From Bugula neritina (Eukaryota > Animalia > Bryozoa), in contig OZ037768.1 of assembly GCA_964035545.1 (NCBI GenBank), forward strand, positions 8,960,741 to 9,024,740: a DNA stretch of 64,000 nucleotides, in the 5' to 3' direction. Of this stretch, positions 1 through 22,384 are shown one piece after another. The notes beneath the pieces were generated by a model. It was not told the DNA's origin, made no database searches, and was given only the letters and a program-made list of their open reading frames with translations. A program made the translations under genes and the position numbers. Numbering within the stretch: the first letter of the stretch is position 1; each line of letters opens with the position of its first letter.

Positions 1-672
1 ATACATTAAAATGTCAGATTATATAACATGTTCAATATTATTGGGACCGCTATCTTATATAAGATTATTGTAATGATGACATGGCCCTGGTGCAGAGTGC
101 TATAAGCAAGGTTATCAGCACTGCTTCAACCACACTAATCATTATGGCATTATCTTGATTTTAGCCTTAGGATCAGATATTCACATGCATCTGTTTGAGT
201 ATATATTCTGGTTTGCAGACCAGATCCATTATTCAATGTTTTTCAGCTCAATATGGCCAGCAGCTGGGTTTTGTGACATTTCGCTCTGTGTTCGGCATCT
301 TTTCGTCTGCCCATAATATGTTAATATAATAAAAAATCATGAATTGCCTTTTCCAATGAGTATTGTTCCCATGGCTTTGGATTTTAGTTTAACAAGGAAT
401 ACTTTAACTGCTGTTATCTGTTATTGAATAGTACTTAATGGTATATTTGTAGTTTCCGATTGGACAGAAACCTGCTGGTAGTTTTGATAGTCACTTGGTG
501 CTGCTTAAAATTTTATACAAATGTCAACCGGCCTCAAACCTTTTTTTTTCTAATGTGACTTCAAGACAAAATAAGTAAAATGGCCGAAAGAGATTGATTG
601 TTTCAGCTATTATAACATTATTGATTATGAAACTGAAAATTTCTCTGCTCATGTTCAGCAAATTGCTTGTAG

Positions 673-10045
<9,373 letters not shown>

Positions 10046-10993
10046 TTACAAAACTTGAACTTAAATGAAGTATCATGTATATATCTATAAACAATATATA
10101 ACATTGGTTTTATAGATTTATATTTATAACAGTTTTCTCCTGTTTTATAAATATTCATTGCATATTATTCATTCCATAGATTTCACAGTCAATTCTAGGA
10201 TTTCTACTCACTAACATGTCAAAATTTCATTCTGCTGAAATATATTTTATAATGTTCATACAGTTTCTGCAATGTAGTTTAAAATTAACAATTGATGTTT
10301 GCATTGATTTGACTACCTTTTTGTTGCTAGTTATTGTTATTTTTTGGATTATTTTTATTTCATGTTATAACTCATTTGTAATAGTTGTCTTTTTTAATTA
10401 TTGAATAGTTCATTCCAACTGGTGTTTTTTTACAAATTTTTTGGTGTCAGTGCAAATAATTGAAGCTATGCCTCGCCTTGCAAGTGTCTAAAGATTATGA
10501 TGGATCATGCTTATTCTAAAAAAATGAGGATATAAGATCTTTATTTGAAGATATTATAAATATATTCTAGACTATTCGCTGCTACATCAGTTTTGGTAAA
10601 TTTTCCAATAGCCTAATTGGTGACCCATAGGAACTCAAGGGTAAATTGCTTTCTTCTGCAAGGGTGTGGCTACTGATGAACATGAGGATAGCAAGTGTTG
10701 GTTTCATCCAACAGATGTGGTATTGATTGTCAATCCAATTTAGGATTAGTTGCCACAAAATATGTAATTAAAATTTTAAGCAAAACAAATTTTAGTTATA
10801 TATAATCGGCTCATCATGTGTGCATAATTAAGATAGCTAAATAGTTCCATGTCAGATTTAATATTGCTATTATTGAAAAATAAAAATAGAGTCTATTTAA
10901 CAAGAAAATTCTTCAACTTGTTTTATGCAATATGTAAGTGATACATTTAAAATTATATATACACGCGCGCGCGCGCACACACACACATAAAGA

Positions 10994-11265
<272 letters not shown>

Positions 11266-11294
11266 AATATATCTTTACGAGCTAGCAATTTGAT

Positions 11295-11517
<223 letters not shown>

Positions 11518-12078
11518 TGTTAGTTAAAACAATGTACATATTTTATGGAGCATTGTTTTGTATTAAACAACTCATGCATGTATTTTATTTCCAAAAGCTA
11601 ATGAAAGCTGTACGATAAAAAGAGGCATTGTAACCCAATCTCACATATGTAATAGTGAAGATGTATTTATTGCATGCACAGCAAGGTACGGCTTCAAAGC
11701 ATAAAAGGATTTCTAGCAACTATTGTGAATTTGCAGAATTAAATTTTAAATGTTTAAAAATCTAAACATCCTTATATTGAGATTGTATTTAGTTTGAACA
11801 ATTTTGGAACTGGGAATTTGTCTGTAAAGAAGACAACTCTTATCAATTATGAGAAAATTTAGTTTTACAAAAAATTGAGCAGTCAAATGAAATATAAGAA
11901 TGTCTCACAATTTCACTTCCAAAACAGCAGCCTGCTTGGAAAATGGAATGTGAATAACAAAATACACATAAGTTATGTGAGCAAAAATTTTCCTAAAAAT
12001 TAGCACAAATATTTATGAAGATTAAGTATATTACACACAAATTAATACTAAAAAAAATTCTATGCTATCATTTTGCAT

Positions 12079-15000
12079 TTAAAATTTAGGTGAGAAACGA
12101 ACATAACAGTCGGCTTCTGGTTGCTGAACTCCAACTAGATGCATCACATTCTAAAACAGACATGGAAAACTGTGAACAGTTGGCATACACAGACCTAGAA
12201 ATTACATACACTTGACAAACTAACAAAAATAAAAATATTTCATTCCACATTAAAAGAAGCAACGAATTACATGTGAGTAAACCGATAAAACTTAGAATAC
12301 AACATTGTACTCACAGCTTTTGGTAATGTTGATTCCAAGGTCATAGAGTATTTGTGGAAGAGCATAGTGACAATCATATGCAGTTCCATAATGGCATACC
12401 ACCTTCCAGGACACATATACCTTCCACCACCAAAGGCAACAAATCCAGGCAAAAACTCATTTTTGGTGAAATCACACGTAAGCCATCTTTCCTACAAAAT
12501 TTTGTATATCAAAATCAACAAACATTTAAAATTTCAAACATTTTATTACAGTCAAGATTACCTGTTTAAAAATTTAGAGCAATATTGCGTATTTATTGTT
12601 TCATTTTTCTACACACCATCTTTTTTACTTTGTAAAACAATATATACATGGATGGCAGAGAGAACCTGTATTTCCATGTAGTCTACCCTTATGAATAGTT
12701 ATGAAACTATATACTGAAAAATAATGCTCAACGAAAACAACACAAAATTCTGCAACAAGAAATTCCCACAACTAAAGCAGGCAAAATAAAATAATATTTT
12801 GTTTAAAAGCAGAAGTGCAATGTTTTAAATATTGAGTGAGTCAAGACAAACAATATATTTGCGTTTATTTAACTCATGCTGCAAGGTTCATGCCAAGGAA
12901 GCAGCTGTGGTCTAAGGGTTGGAGCGTTTGCATAGCAAACACGAAGTCATGGGTTCAAAGGCCATTGGTGATGTCAGGAAGGGCATCCAGACATAATTGC
13001 TCCTGTGCCCCATCTGAATAAGTCCTTAGCCCGAGTTAACAAAAATCCTTTCTATCAGGGGTTTCTCACAAGAATGGTGACTATAAACTTGTGTAAGAGT
13101 CATGTCATGTCAATAACAGGATATGTGGTTCTGAAGTCCATACAACAGCAAACTTGTCTAGATTTGTGTCAAGAATTTCAAATACATTCCTTTACTGCCT
13201 CTATTAATATACCTTATTTATAATAGAAAAGAAAATCATTCAATGAAGTACTCAAACTATTTTAAAATACTCTATACTCAATCTAAATTTGCTGGTATGA
13301 ACACATCAATGGAATTGTAGAAATAGTAAGAAACATAAACTTGCATCTGCTTAGGGAAATGCTGTCAATTCCATTGACCAACCAAAAATAGTGTTTTACT
13401 TTAGTCTACTTCAAATATGGTTCTAATATTTGCTCCTCAAATGTTTCATGAAAATTGGCCAACATAAGTAAGATTTGTGTGTTCAGGCTGACAAACTAAA
13501 CTGCAGCATACACTTGTGCAGAATATAAAATATACATCGCACTAACAGGCATATACTTCTCAGCATCAGGGAAATACTTCTCATTACGGTGTGTCCAGTG
13601 AGGAGAGAGAAACAACAAATCTCCAGCTGGTACGTTGTAACCCTAAAGAAGGAAATGAAACATTGAACAAGTTTAAAGTAGATCCGGATATACTATTTGT
13701 AGAAACAGTTGATGCCAGCTAAAAATAAAAGGTAAAAATATTTCATTTGATGCTAGCTTTTAGATAGTTTGACATGCTTGCAAATATTTATGATACACTA
13801 CATATACACGCACGCACGCATGCACACGCATATGTACTATATATACTTTACATACATTTACAGTACGCTGTACACTAGTTGGTCTGAAATTTATATACCA
13901 ACACAGTCAAAACTAAAAAGATCTGTAAATCAGTTGACAATGTATAACATATTTATAGCCAAATTAAAAATAAAATATAAACATTAGATAAATAAACTTA
14001 TTGGAGTTTTCAGAATATATAGTAATCATGCAACAACACTGCAGCGCTTGGACTTCTTATCAGCTTTAGGAAAGGATGATATTATTTCTCAGAGATATGC
14101 AAAAAAACCAATACATAGCGTGAAATTTATTAGTTACCTTCACATTGAATGACTTGACAACCATTCTGGTGATAACTCCGGGAGATCTGATTCGGATAGC
14201 TTCAAGGAAGCAACACCTAATGTACTTTAGTTTCTCAAACGTTGCTGTATTATATTCAAGATTCCCTAAAAGAAGAAGACAATTTCAAACTTCTAAAAAT
14301 TGAACAGAAAATTAAGGCAAATTATAAAAGGTTTATCAATAATACAACTTGAATTTAGTATCTCTATCATATCAGTTTTAGAGATTTCTAAGATGTAATA
14401 GTAAAATAATATGTTGTAAGAGTGATAAATTCTCTTAAAGTTGAATACAAAATAAATACCAGATGAATCCTGAGCAGCAGAAATCTCTTTAATGACTCTG
14501 TCGTGAACTTTTGGGTCATTTAATATCATAGCAACAGTCCAGAAGGTAATCTAAACATATAGATGAGTGTTTAATGAATCATTTACAGGCAAACACAAAT
14601 CACATGATAGGAAAAAATAGCTGATGCAAAATAATTCATACTCACAGGAATAGCATTAGCCAAGCTAGCCCAAAGCATGAGCAAGCTATAGTTGGCACCA
14701 TGCTCTTTATCTACCATCTCATACAGTGACTTGAGAACTGTCTAAATAAAACACATAGTAACATAGTGTATTATCGGTAGTAGGGCAGTGGCAAGATAGC
14801 AGTAGCAAGATAGCAGCAGCAGTAGCAGGAACAGCAGCAGTAGTAGCAGTAGTAGTAAAAATATGGTGAAAAAGTTGGTGTGCACTAACAAAATGACTAA
14901 TGACAAAATGCCCAGCATAAGCCATTTAAATGAATGATGCTGTTCAAAACCAAACTCTTCAAAATTATTGGCAATCACTGGCTTTCCATGGATCGATCTC

Positions 15001-16902
15001 AGATCGATTTTAGCGAGATCGATCCATGGAAAGCCGGTGAATATGTATTGAATAGAACCCTTGAACCATTGCCAGCCATGGTTATAAAGTAAATTGAAAG
15101 AATTACAGGAAGTGATAAAATTATTAGTTTAAAAGTTTTACTTACATTATCAGTTGACTTAATTTTGAGTATAGCCTTTCTGAACACATTAAGCAGCCAT
15201 TGTTTAGATTGAGCCCATTTACTAAAATTGAATATCATTTCATTATATTTTCATTATTATTATTTCATGTATTTTCATATTGAACATATGGAGTACTCCA
15301 TATATCAATTTTACAACCGGCACATCATATAAAGACTAGTCACTCTGATATAGATTACACAATGCAAAAGCTTAGAAAATGTATTTCTTGTACATACCAA
15401 CCAAGTGAAAAAGGAATGCTGTTAATTAATTTTAAGCCTGAAACTGTAACTTGAATCTTTATAAATAAGTAAGATAGACATTTTAACTGTCTGAGCATAA
15501 ACTTATCAAAGAGCCATTTGGCTCATTTAGCTACAAATTTCTAGTACTTTTGTATATAATTTCTTATAAAAATGAACATTTTTCAACATGATCAAACAAT
15601 TAGACAAGCGCTCAATCATTTAAATATTCACCGGTGAAGTTTAGCTATGTTTGTTTTTAATACTATTATAGCTACTATTTCCACAGATCTATGACGTAGA
15701 ATAAGCCCACATCACAACTAGTACAATCAATGCAACATGATTGACACATGATCTGTAGTACATATTTAATAACAAATAAAATGCAAGTTCAAGCAACAAG
15801 ACCCACCGTATAAACATATGAGGAATTTGTGTTCCATACTCAAACTGGTCATCAAACGCCACAAAATTCACCATGAGCTTTTTCATTGACTCCTCATTGT
15901 GTATTGGTAGGACATCTTCTCCAAACAGATTTCGTATCACAGAAGGATACATGATCAGTCTGATAACTTCATTGAGCTCGCAACTCCCTACATGTGCGTC
16001 AAAGTATCAAATCACATGAAACTTCTGTAGTTAAGTTGCTGATTATTACTTCCGGTAGAACACAAACACTATGCGCAGTTTTACAAAGTCAAAGAAAATC
16101 ATTATAAGCTAATGAATTTAAAAATATTAGATTACTCTTATTATTCTACGTTTACCTGCTAAGCTCATTTCTGTAAGTCTACGCTCAAACTGAGTTTGCA
16201 AATCTTTGCTATGAGAAGGCAGTTGATTTGTTGCTAGTTTACCCTTCATCAAGTCATGAATATTTGTATGATGAGTAAGGAATGATTCACTTGGTATAGA
16301 TGCTGCAAAATAAAAGTGTTCATACAGAGTGTATTGCAAAATCATAATATTTCATATCGTATTGGAGATTAGCGGCTCAGAGTATGTAAACAACTTGCTT
16401 CAGCTTTACAATAATGAAGAGAGATCAAATTGGAGGAATACTCACCAGCATTGGCAACGAAAAGGTGAACAGCTTTCTGAAAATCTACGTGTTGTGATTG
16501 CATAAAATATTTGTTATAGTCCTCCTCATCTGTCAAATAAGTCATCCTCTTTCCACCAATGTACAGCGTATACACAGGGCCAAGCTATAGAATGCAAAAA
16601 TTATTGCAGACTGAGCTAGTACAGTTTATAGCGATTATTTATTGAAAATACAATACTTCAAATAGTTTAGACAGCAAATAGTGAACTCTGACCTTTCGAT
16701 GCATTTTTTCTATAAAGTTCAGAGGTTCTTTTCCAAACTCGATAGCGCAACCAAGAAACGGCATCCAGCCAGAATAGCATGGTGGAAGTTTGAGCACAGA
16801 GTAAAGTCGTTTTCTTTTGTACACCTGTGCTGCGATGTAGAGTAACAGGCCAATGATGGCCGGAAAAAACAACCACTCCTTTGCATTAAATTCCTGTGCC
16901 AT
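12079..16902 (-). CDS. CYP39A1: Cytochrome P450, CYP39A1-like (24-hydroxycholesterol 7-alpha-hydroxylase-like, CYP7 clan), ~470 aa
   Basis: 11 phase-compatible exons: 16902-16693, 16584-16446, 16302-16156, 15987-15807, 15221-15146, 14741-14646, 14550-14460, 14265-14138, 13642-13547, 12491-12315, 12150-12079 (1413 nt). The protein has an N-terminal membrane anchor and PPCYSGWMPFLGCAIEFGKEPL. The I-helix LWASLANAIP is CYP39/CYP7-type. It also has ExxR (EAIR), PERW and heme motif FGGGRYMCPG. Confidence 0.93.
12897..13075 (+). mobile_element. tRNA-derived SINE
   Basis: A-box-like tggtctaaggg and B-box-like ggttcaaaggcc, followed by ggtgatgtcaggaagggcatcc. Related heads occur at ~42720-42825 (-) and ~61874 (+). 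Boundaries are approximate. Confidence 0.65.
14976..15039. mobile_element. 64-bp hairpin micro-element (25-bp TIRs, 3-bp AAT target duplication)
   Basis: aat|cactggctttccatggatcgatctc ... gagatcgatccatggaaagccggtg|aat. Confidence 0.7.
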
Positions 16903-17884
16903 TTCCCTTCCTCTAAAACAGCAAAAGCTTAAAATAAGACTTTAAAGGAATTTCAATTATACTTAGTCAAAAGCAAAATGAACATGTGGTTATGTTTGCA
17001 TCCCAACATTTTAGTTGCAAATTTAGAACTTTTCATTCTGAAAAAAAAACTGTACCAACAACTGCGTTTTAATAGTCTTTTACTGATATTTTAGTTGAGT
17101 CTCAAGTAGACATAAAAATAAATCACATCAATAGGTTTACAGTGCAAACTTTTATTTTCAAAAATTTTCCCTCACCTAGCATTTTCAACACCATTAGAAA
17201 TTTGACACCTAGAGATTCTAACAAGCATGATTTTTTGCACACTGTTTAAATAAATATTTTCTACAATATAGGGAAAACCATTTTAACACTATTCAATCCT
17301 AAATAAAATGTTTAAATGACGAAATTTCTACTCCTTCAATACATAATTTATATATCTTTATGCAGAATAGATTCAGTAGTTGTAGAGCTTTCCAATCACA
17401 CGAACAAGTGCTAAAAGTAAATCACAAGAAGACACATAAAAAAATTTTCAATGGCTATAGTTTATACAAAATCCTTTATTGTATATAATTTAAAAATAAT
17501 TACATGTGTTTAATTACTGTTTATGGACTGTTTGTGACATATAAATTACATACAAATGAAGACCAGCCATAATACAACATGAAAAATAAGGATTTTGCTT
17601 TAATTAAAATCTGCTGCTAGCTGTCAACCATTAAGTCCACAACACTACAGATATCAAATGATTAATTATGCTTGTTTCAAACAATAAATTCAATTTGATA
17701 AACTCTAGGGCCTAGGCTATATTTTACAAGTGATGCCCAAAATTATTGAATACGGCAAGTGTTATAAAAAGATAGTTCAACAACATTAGGATAAGCATGA
17801 CAGTTACTGCTGCAACAACAGTTTTATTACAATTGGAACAGAGTATAAAAAGTGGTGTATCAAGTTACATTTTTAAAATATCAG

Positions 17885-18116
17885 TGTTTTATGTTGATTT
17901 GTGATATTATTTCAGCTATCGTGAAAAGACAGAACGTGCTCGAGTTAGTTGATAAACGTAAGAGGCCGAAGCCGTGATTTATTACCACAATATATATACA
18001 CGAAAATACTAAAACTATTACAATAAGTGATACAATTAATTATTAAGATTAAGACAAAAAATAGTAAAATAATAAAATAACAAATTAGAAATAAATGTTT
18101 ACATGAACACCGAACA
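17885..18116 (-). repeat. 3' LTR (232 bp)
   Basis: Direct repeat of 22153-22384, TG...CA ends. Confidence 0.95.
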
Positions 18117-18157
18117 TCTCCCACAGAATAGAAAAAAGCTATTTAGATATGATTGTT

Positions 18158-21100
18158 TTAAGAGGGCACATAGTCTGCCATCCAACTAGGTGGCTTCCGT
18201 TCTCTGGTTGAACGTCTTAGATTGTCGCTATGATTGGCGCTCTCGGTGGTGTCAACCTGGGTACTACTAGCGTTTTGTTTAGGATCCTTTGGTGTCTCAG
18301 GACTCGCTGGCTCCGTGACGAGTGGTCTGATGTCTCGCCGGTTTCTCCGAAAGAGGTTGTTGTTAAGTTGTATGGCATAGGCTCTGCTACTCAATTGTTT
18401 GTTAATTTGCGCCTCCTGCCATTTTCTCCGGTGCTGACTCCAGTCTCGAACCAAAACTGGTTGCCCTTCTTTCAGCACTGCCAAATCTCTTGCACCGTCA
18501 TTGCATCTCTGCTGCAGTTTTTCATTGCGGCCCTGCTTTTCCCACCAACCTTGGTTGTTCTCTGTTTCTGGCCGAACTTGTGGGAGTACTGACCTGGTGG
18601 GTCTTCCGATAAGTTGCTGAATTGGGCTGGCCGTCAGGCCTTCTTTGGTGGTGTTGAGATGTTCCAGTAACGCAAGTTCGGGCTCTTCACATCTGCGGAG
18701 TATACGTTTGGCTATCTTCACAGCAGACTCTGCCTTCCCATTGGACTGAGGATGATATGGAGAGCTGGTGGTGTGTGTGAAATTCCATGATTGGCTGAAA
18801 GTGGAAAACTGGTGCGAGGTAAACTGTGGTCCGTTGTCAGTGTGAACCTGTCTGGGTATTCCCAGGCGTCCAAAACAGCGCTTTATGGAGTTGATAACAG
18901 CCTCTGCTGTTTGGTTGTCCAGTCGGTCATATTCAAGGTAGTCAGTCGTATAGTCAACAATAGTAATGTAGTGAGTGTGATTGTATTCAAACAAGTCAAT
19001 TCCTACTTTGGTCCAGGGTTGTTGGGGAACTGTGTGGAGTAAAAGTGTTTCCTTCTGTTGCCGGGGAGCATCCAGTTGACATTGTCGACAGTTAGCAATA
19101 TTGTTTTTGATGTCATTGGTGATGCCAAGCCAAAACACTGTGTGGCGGGCACGTCTTAGTGTGGAGTTAATCCCATTATGGCCGGTGTGAAGTAGTTGGA
19201 GAAACTTTCTCTGGAGTGTCTTTGGAATAATGGCTCTTAGTCCTTTGTAAACAATGCCATTGTCAATAGATAGTTCGTCCTGAAAGTGTTTGTACTTGTC
19301 GTGAGTTGTGCAGTTGGCAATGTTCCAGTCATGTTTAATAAGGTTTGTCAGTGTCATAAGTTCATTGTCCTGTGCAGTAGCAGTCCTAATGTTGTCAATT
19401 AAGTCGTCACAAACAGGAGCATCATTATTTTGAGAGTCAATGTGAAAAATGTGTTCTGGTAGTTGTTGATAGTTGGGGGAGTCAAAGTATGAGTCTCTTG
19501 AGAGTAAGTCAGCCGTGATCTGTTCAGCACCCTTTTGCCAAGTTACCTTAATGTTGGGGTATCTTTGTAAGTGAAGAAGCATAGCCTGCAACCTCCGAGA
19601 TGCCTTATGAATGGATTTCCTGAAAATAGATACAAGGGGTTTGTGGTCAGTTTGGATAGTGACAGCATGGTGACCAAAGATATACTGGTCAAAGCGTTCA
19701 GTGCCAAACACTATGGCAAGGCACTCAAGCTCTAGTGGCACATAGTTCTGTTCCGATTTTGTTAAACTGCGAGATGCATATGCTACAGGCTTGCCTCCTT
19801 GCATGAGTGTTGCACCCACACCAGCATTTGAAGCGTCAGTTTGTATAGTTACTGGCTTGTTGCAGTCAAAGTATTGTAGAGTTTCTGAGTCAGTTAGTAA
19901 GGTCTTCAGTCTATTAAAAGCGTTCATTTGGTCGTCAGTCCAGTGAAAGTCTTGAGCATTGTCTTGTGTCAGTAAACGTCGTAATGGTTCAGATTCCGAT
20001 GCTAGGTTGCTAATAAATTTTGACATGTATGTGATGTGACCAAGGAATCGTTTTACTCCCTGTGGAGATGAGGGAGGTTTCATCTTAAGAATGGCTTTTA
20101 CTTTGTTAGGATCTGGTTTAAGTCCATTAGTTGTCAGTATGTGTCCAATGTAAGGTAGTTCGTCCTGAAGGAAGCGGGATTTTTCCTTGTTCAGTCTCAG
20201 TCCTGTCTGTCGAGCACGTTTGAAGAGCGCTTCAAGGTTTCTATCATGCTCTTTCCTTGTGCTTCCAAAAATTAGGATGTCATCTGCAACTATGGTGATG
20301 CCATCCAGACCAGCAAGATTTTCCGTGAGCCTTCTCTGAAACTCCTCCGGCGCTGATGCAATTCCGAAGGGTAGCCTTAGGTACTTGTACTTTCCTATGG
20401 GAGTCCAGAAAGTTGTCAAGTCTGTAGATTCCTCAGCTAGGGGAATTTGATAGAAACCTTCTTTGGCGTCACACAAGGAGAAAAACTTGGCGCCGTTGAG
20501 TTGTGGCAAAACATCTTCCAATGTTGGCATGACAGCGTGGTTTCGTTTAATTGCTTGATTGAGATTTTGCGGATCTATGCAGATGCGTATCTTTCCATTA
20601 GGCTTGCGCACTGGTTGTAGATGGCTTATCCAGTCTGTAGGTGCTTCTACCTTAGCGACAATTTGACGTTGTTCTAGTTCAAGAATAGTCTTGATGAGAT
20701 CTGATTTCATCGACAAGGGCACCTTCCGCGGTCGGACTTGCACTGGTACAGCTTCAGGTCTTAGCTCTATCCTATATTCCTGTTCAAACTTTCCAAGTCC
20801 GGTAAATATGTCATCAAAGTTAGTCAGTAAAGTCTGAAGGTCTGGGTCAGTAGTGGCAAAGTTTACATTCTCGCTTTTGGTGCTGGGCATTTGTAATAAA
20901 TCCAGGTGCAAACATGATTTCCATGACAGCAAGCTATGTTGGGTGGTTTCCACAACTAGGAATTTTAATGTAGTGTAACATCCTTGCTTGTTTAGTATCT
21001 GTATCCGTGTCCACCCTAGTGGTGCACACTTGCTCTGGTCATATAAAGTTAGTACAGTATCAGTCGGTGTAAGTTTCGGTCTACCTAGCTTGTCGTAGTC

Positions 21101-22108
21101 GATCGTATTCAAAGTATTGCATGATGCACCAGTGTCAAGTTGGAATTCAATGTCATAAATAGTATCTGCTTGCTTAGCAGTGAGCATCGCTAATAATTTA
21201 CGATCTCGTACAGTAGTGGAGATAGTACTTACATGTTGAGAGTCACTGTCTGAAGAGTAATTCCAGGTGACTTGATTGGCTGTTTCGGTCGAGTCGCGAT
21301 AATGATGCATGCGTGACCTGCAGTATGCAGCAAAGTGGTTAAATTTCTTGCAATGATTGCACTGTTTCCCATATGCTGGGCATGCTCGAGGTGGGTGATT
21401 GCCTCCACAGTTTCCACACCTAGAAGCACCAACTGATTTTCTGACGTTGGGCTGAGAGTGAGTGTGTGAAAGTTGTCCTCTGTGTTTATCAGTGTTACGA
21501 GTGTCATTAGAGTGATATTGATGAGTCGGAGGTCTATGTTTTACCAAGTTCACTTGTTCGAGTCCATATGTGTTATCCTTAGTCATAGTCTTGTAGTCAA
21601 TAGCCGATGCTTCTTCTCGTCTGCAGAGTTCAATTGCTTTGTCAAAGTCAGTCAAGTCAAACAGTTTCTTTCTAATCTTGTCACTTTCAATTCCCAGTAT
21701 CAGTGCTTGTAGTATCAGTCGGTTGTACATGTCTTTTAAGTCACATAGTCCTGCAATGGTATGTAGTTCAGTCAAAAATTCGTCAATAGTTCTATTTCCT
21801 TGCTTACAAGTCAGTAGTGAGTGAGTCTTAGCCACTAAGTTTATTCTTGGTTTGCAGTAGTCATCAAACTGTGTCACAACTTTGTCATAGTCAGTTTTGT
21901 CATTGTTGTCAGTCCAGTTGAAAGAGTCGTATATTTGGTTGCCTCGGCGACCGATAGTTCTAAGTAGGTATGCAGTTTTCACTTTGCCTTCGGCTGTATC
22001 TTTCGATGTGGCAGTTAAAAAAAGTTCGAAGTCACGTTTAAAAATCTTCCATTCCTCAGGTAAATTCGGTCCATCTGCTAATGGTTTTGGCGCTAGTAAT
22101 TGCTCCAT
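18158..22108 (-). CDS. Gag-Pol polyprotein, 1316 aa (Gag with tandem zinc knuckles, protease, RT, RNase H, integrase)
   Basis: Zinc knuckles CGNCGGNHPPRAC...CNHCKKFNHFAAYC; protease LDTGAS; RT LPFG...VADD; RNase H TDAS...ELECLAI; integrase HTGH..CRQC, IDLF, TDNGPQF, SNGKAE. Domain order PR-RT-RH-IN is Ty3/gypsy. Confidence 0.97.
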   Translation of the reverse strand: MEQLLAPKPLADGPNLPEEWKIFKRDFELFLTATSKDTAEGKVKTAYLLRTIGRRGNQIYDSFNWTDNNDKTDYDKVVTQFDDYCKPRINLVAKTHSLLTCKQGNRTIDEFLTELHTIAGLCDLKDMYNRLILQALILGIESDKIRKKLFDLTDFDKAIELCRREEASAIDYKTMTKDNTYGLEQVNLVKHRPPTHQYHSNDTRNTDKHRGQLSHTHSQPNVRKSVGASRCGNCGGNHPPRACPAYGKQCNHCKKFNHFAAYCRSRMHHYRDSTETANQVTWNYSSDSDSQHVSTISTTVRDRKLLAMLTAKQADTIYDIEFQLDTGASCNTLNTIDYDKLGRPKLTPTDTVLTLYDQSKCAPLGWTRIQILNKQGCYTTLKFLVVETTQHSLLSWKSCLHLDLLQMPSTKSENVNFATTDPDLQTLLTNFDDIFTGLGKFEQEYRIELRPEAVPVQVRPRKVPLSMKSDLIKTILELEQRQIVAKVEAPTDWISHLQPVRKPNGKIRICIDPQNLNQAIKRNHAVMPTLEDVLPQLNGAKFFSLCDAKEGFYQIPLAEESTDLTTFWTPIGKYKYLRLPFGIASAPEEFQRRLTENLAGLDGITIVADDILIFGSTRKEHDRNLEALFKRARQTGLRLNKEKSRFLQDELPYIGHILTTNGLKPDPNKVKAILKMKPPSSPQGVKRFLGHITYMSKFISNLASESEPLRRLLTQDNAQDFHWTDDQMNAFNRLKTLLTDSETLQYFDCNKPVTIQTDASNAGVGATLMQGGKPVAYASRSLTKSEQNYVPLELECLAIVFGTERFDQYIFGHHAVTIQTDHKPLVSIFRKSIHKASRRLQAMLLHLQRYPNIKVTWQKGAEQITADLLSRDSYFDSPNYQQLPEHIFHIDSQNNDAPVCDDLIDNIRTATAQDNELMTLTNLIKHDWNIANCTTHDKYKHFQDELSIDNGIVYKGLRAIIPKTLQRKFLQLLHTGHNGINSTLRRARHTVFWLGITNDIKNNIANCRQCQLDAPRQQKETLLLHTVPQQPWTKVGIDLFEYNHTHYITIVDYTTDYLEYDRLDNQTAEAVINSIKRCFGRLGIPRQVHTDNGPQFTSHQFSTFSQSWNFTHTTSSPYHPQSNGKAESAVKIAKRILRRCEEPELALLEHLNTTKEGLTASPIQQLIGRPTRSVLPQVRPETENNQGWWEKQGRNEKLQQRCNDGARDLAVLKEGQPVLVRDWSQHRRKWQEAQINKQLSSRAYAIQLNNNLFRRNRRDIRPLVTEPASPETPKDPKQNASSTQVDTTESANHSDNLRRSTRERKPPSWMADYVPS

Positions 22109-22139
22109 GTTATTTCAGTGTAATATTAATAATAATTAG

Positions 22140-22152
22140 ACTCGGGGCACCA
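22140..22152 (-). other. Primer-binding site, probably for elongator tRNA-Met
   Basis: The - strand reads TGGTGCCCCGAGT immediately after the 5' LTR, complementary to a tRNA 3' end ...CGGGGCACCA. Confidence 0.7.
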
Positions 22153-22384
22153 TGTTTTATGTTGATTTGTGATATTATTTCAGCTATCGTGAAAAGACAG
22201 AACGTGCTCGAGTTAGTTGATAAACGTAAGAGGCCGAAGCCGTGATTTATTACCACAATATATATACACGAAAATACTAAAACTATTACAATAAGTGATA
22301 CAATTAATTATTAAGATTAAGACAAAAAATAGTAAAATAATAAAATAACAAATTAGAAATAAATGTTTACATGAACACCGAACA
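22153..22384 (-). repeat. 5' LTR (232 bp)
   Basis: Direct repeat of 17885-18116. Confidence 0.95.

Larger units (their letters stand above)
17885..22384 (-). mobile_element. Full-length Ty3/gypsy LTR retrotransposon (Mag-like), 4500 bp
   Basis: Two 232-bp TG...CA LTRs (17885-18116, 22153-22384), identical by eye. 5-bp TSD ATCAG at 17880-17884 and 22385-22389. PBS TGGTGCCCCGAGT on the - strand directly after the 5' LTR. Single intact gag-pol ORF. Confidence 0.97.

Noticed and set aside
95-128. KQGYQ-like sequence resembling the small PKC C1A exon
   Set aside because: No compatible splice sites, an in-frame stop from the nearest acceptor, and the expected Cys is misplaced
12897-12970. Possible tRNA genes (also at ~42750-42820 and ~61880-61940)
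   Set aside because: A/B boxes are present but there is no complete cloverleaf; better explained as SINE heads
18230-22139. Short ORFs overlapping gag-pol
   Set aside because: Antisense or alternate-frame shadows of the retrotransposon ORF
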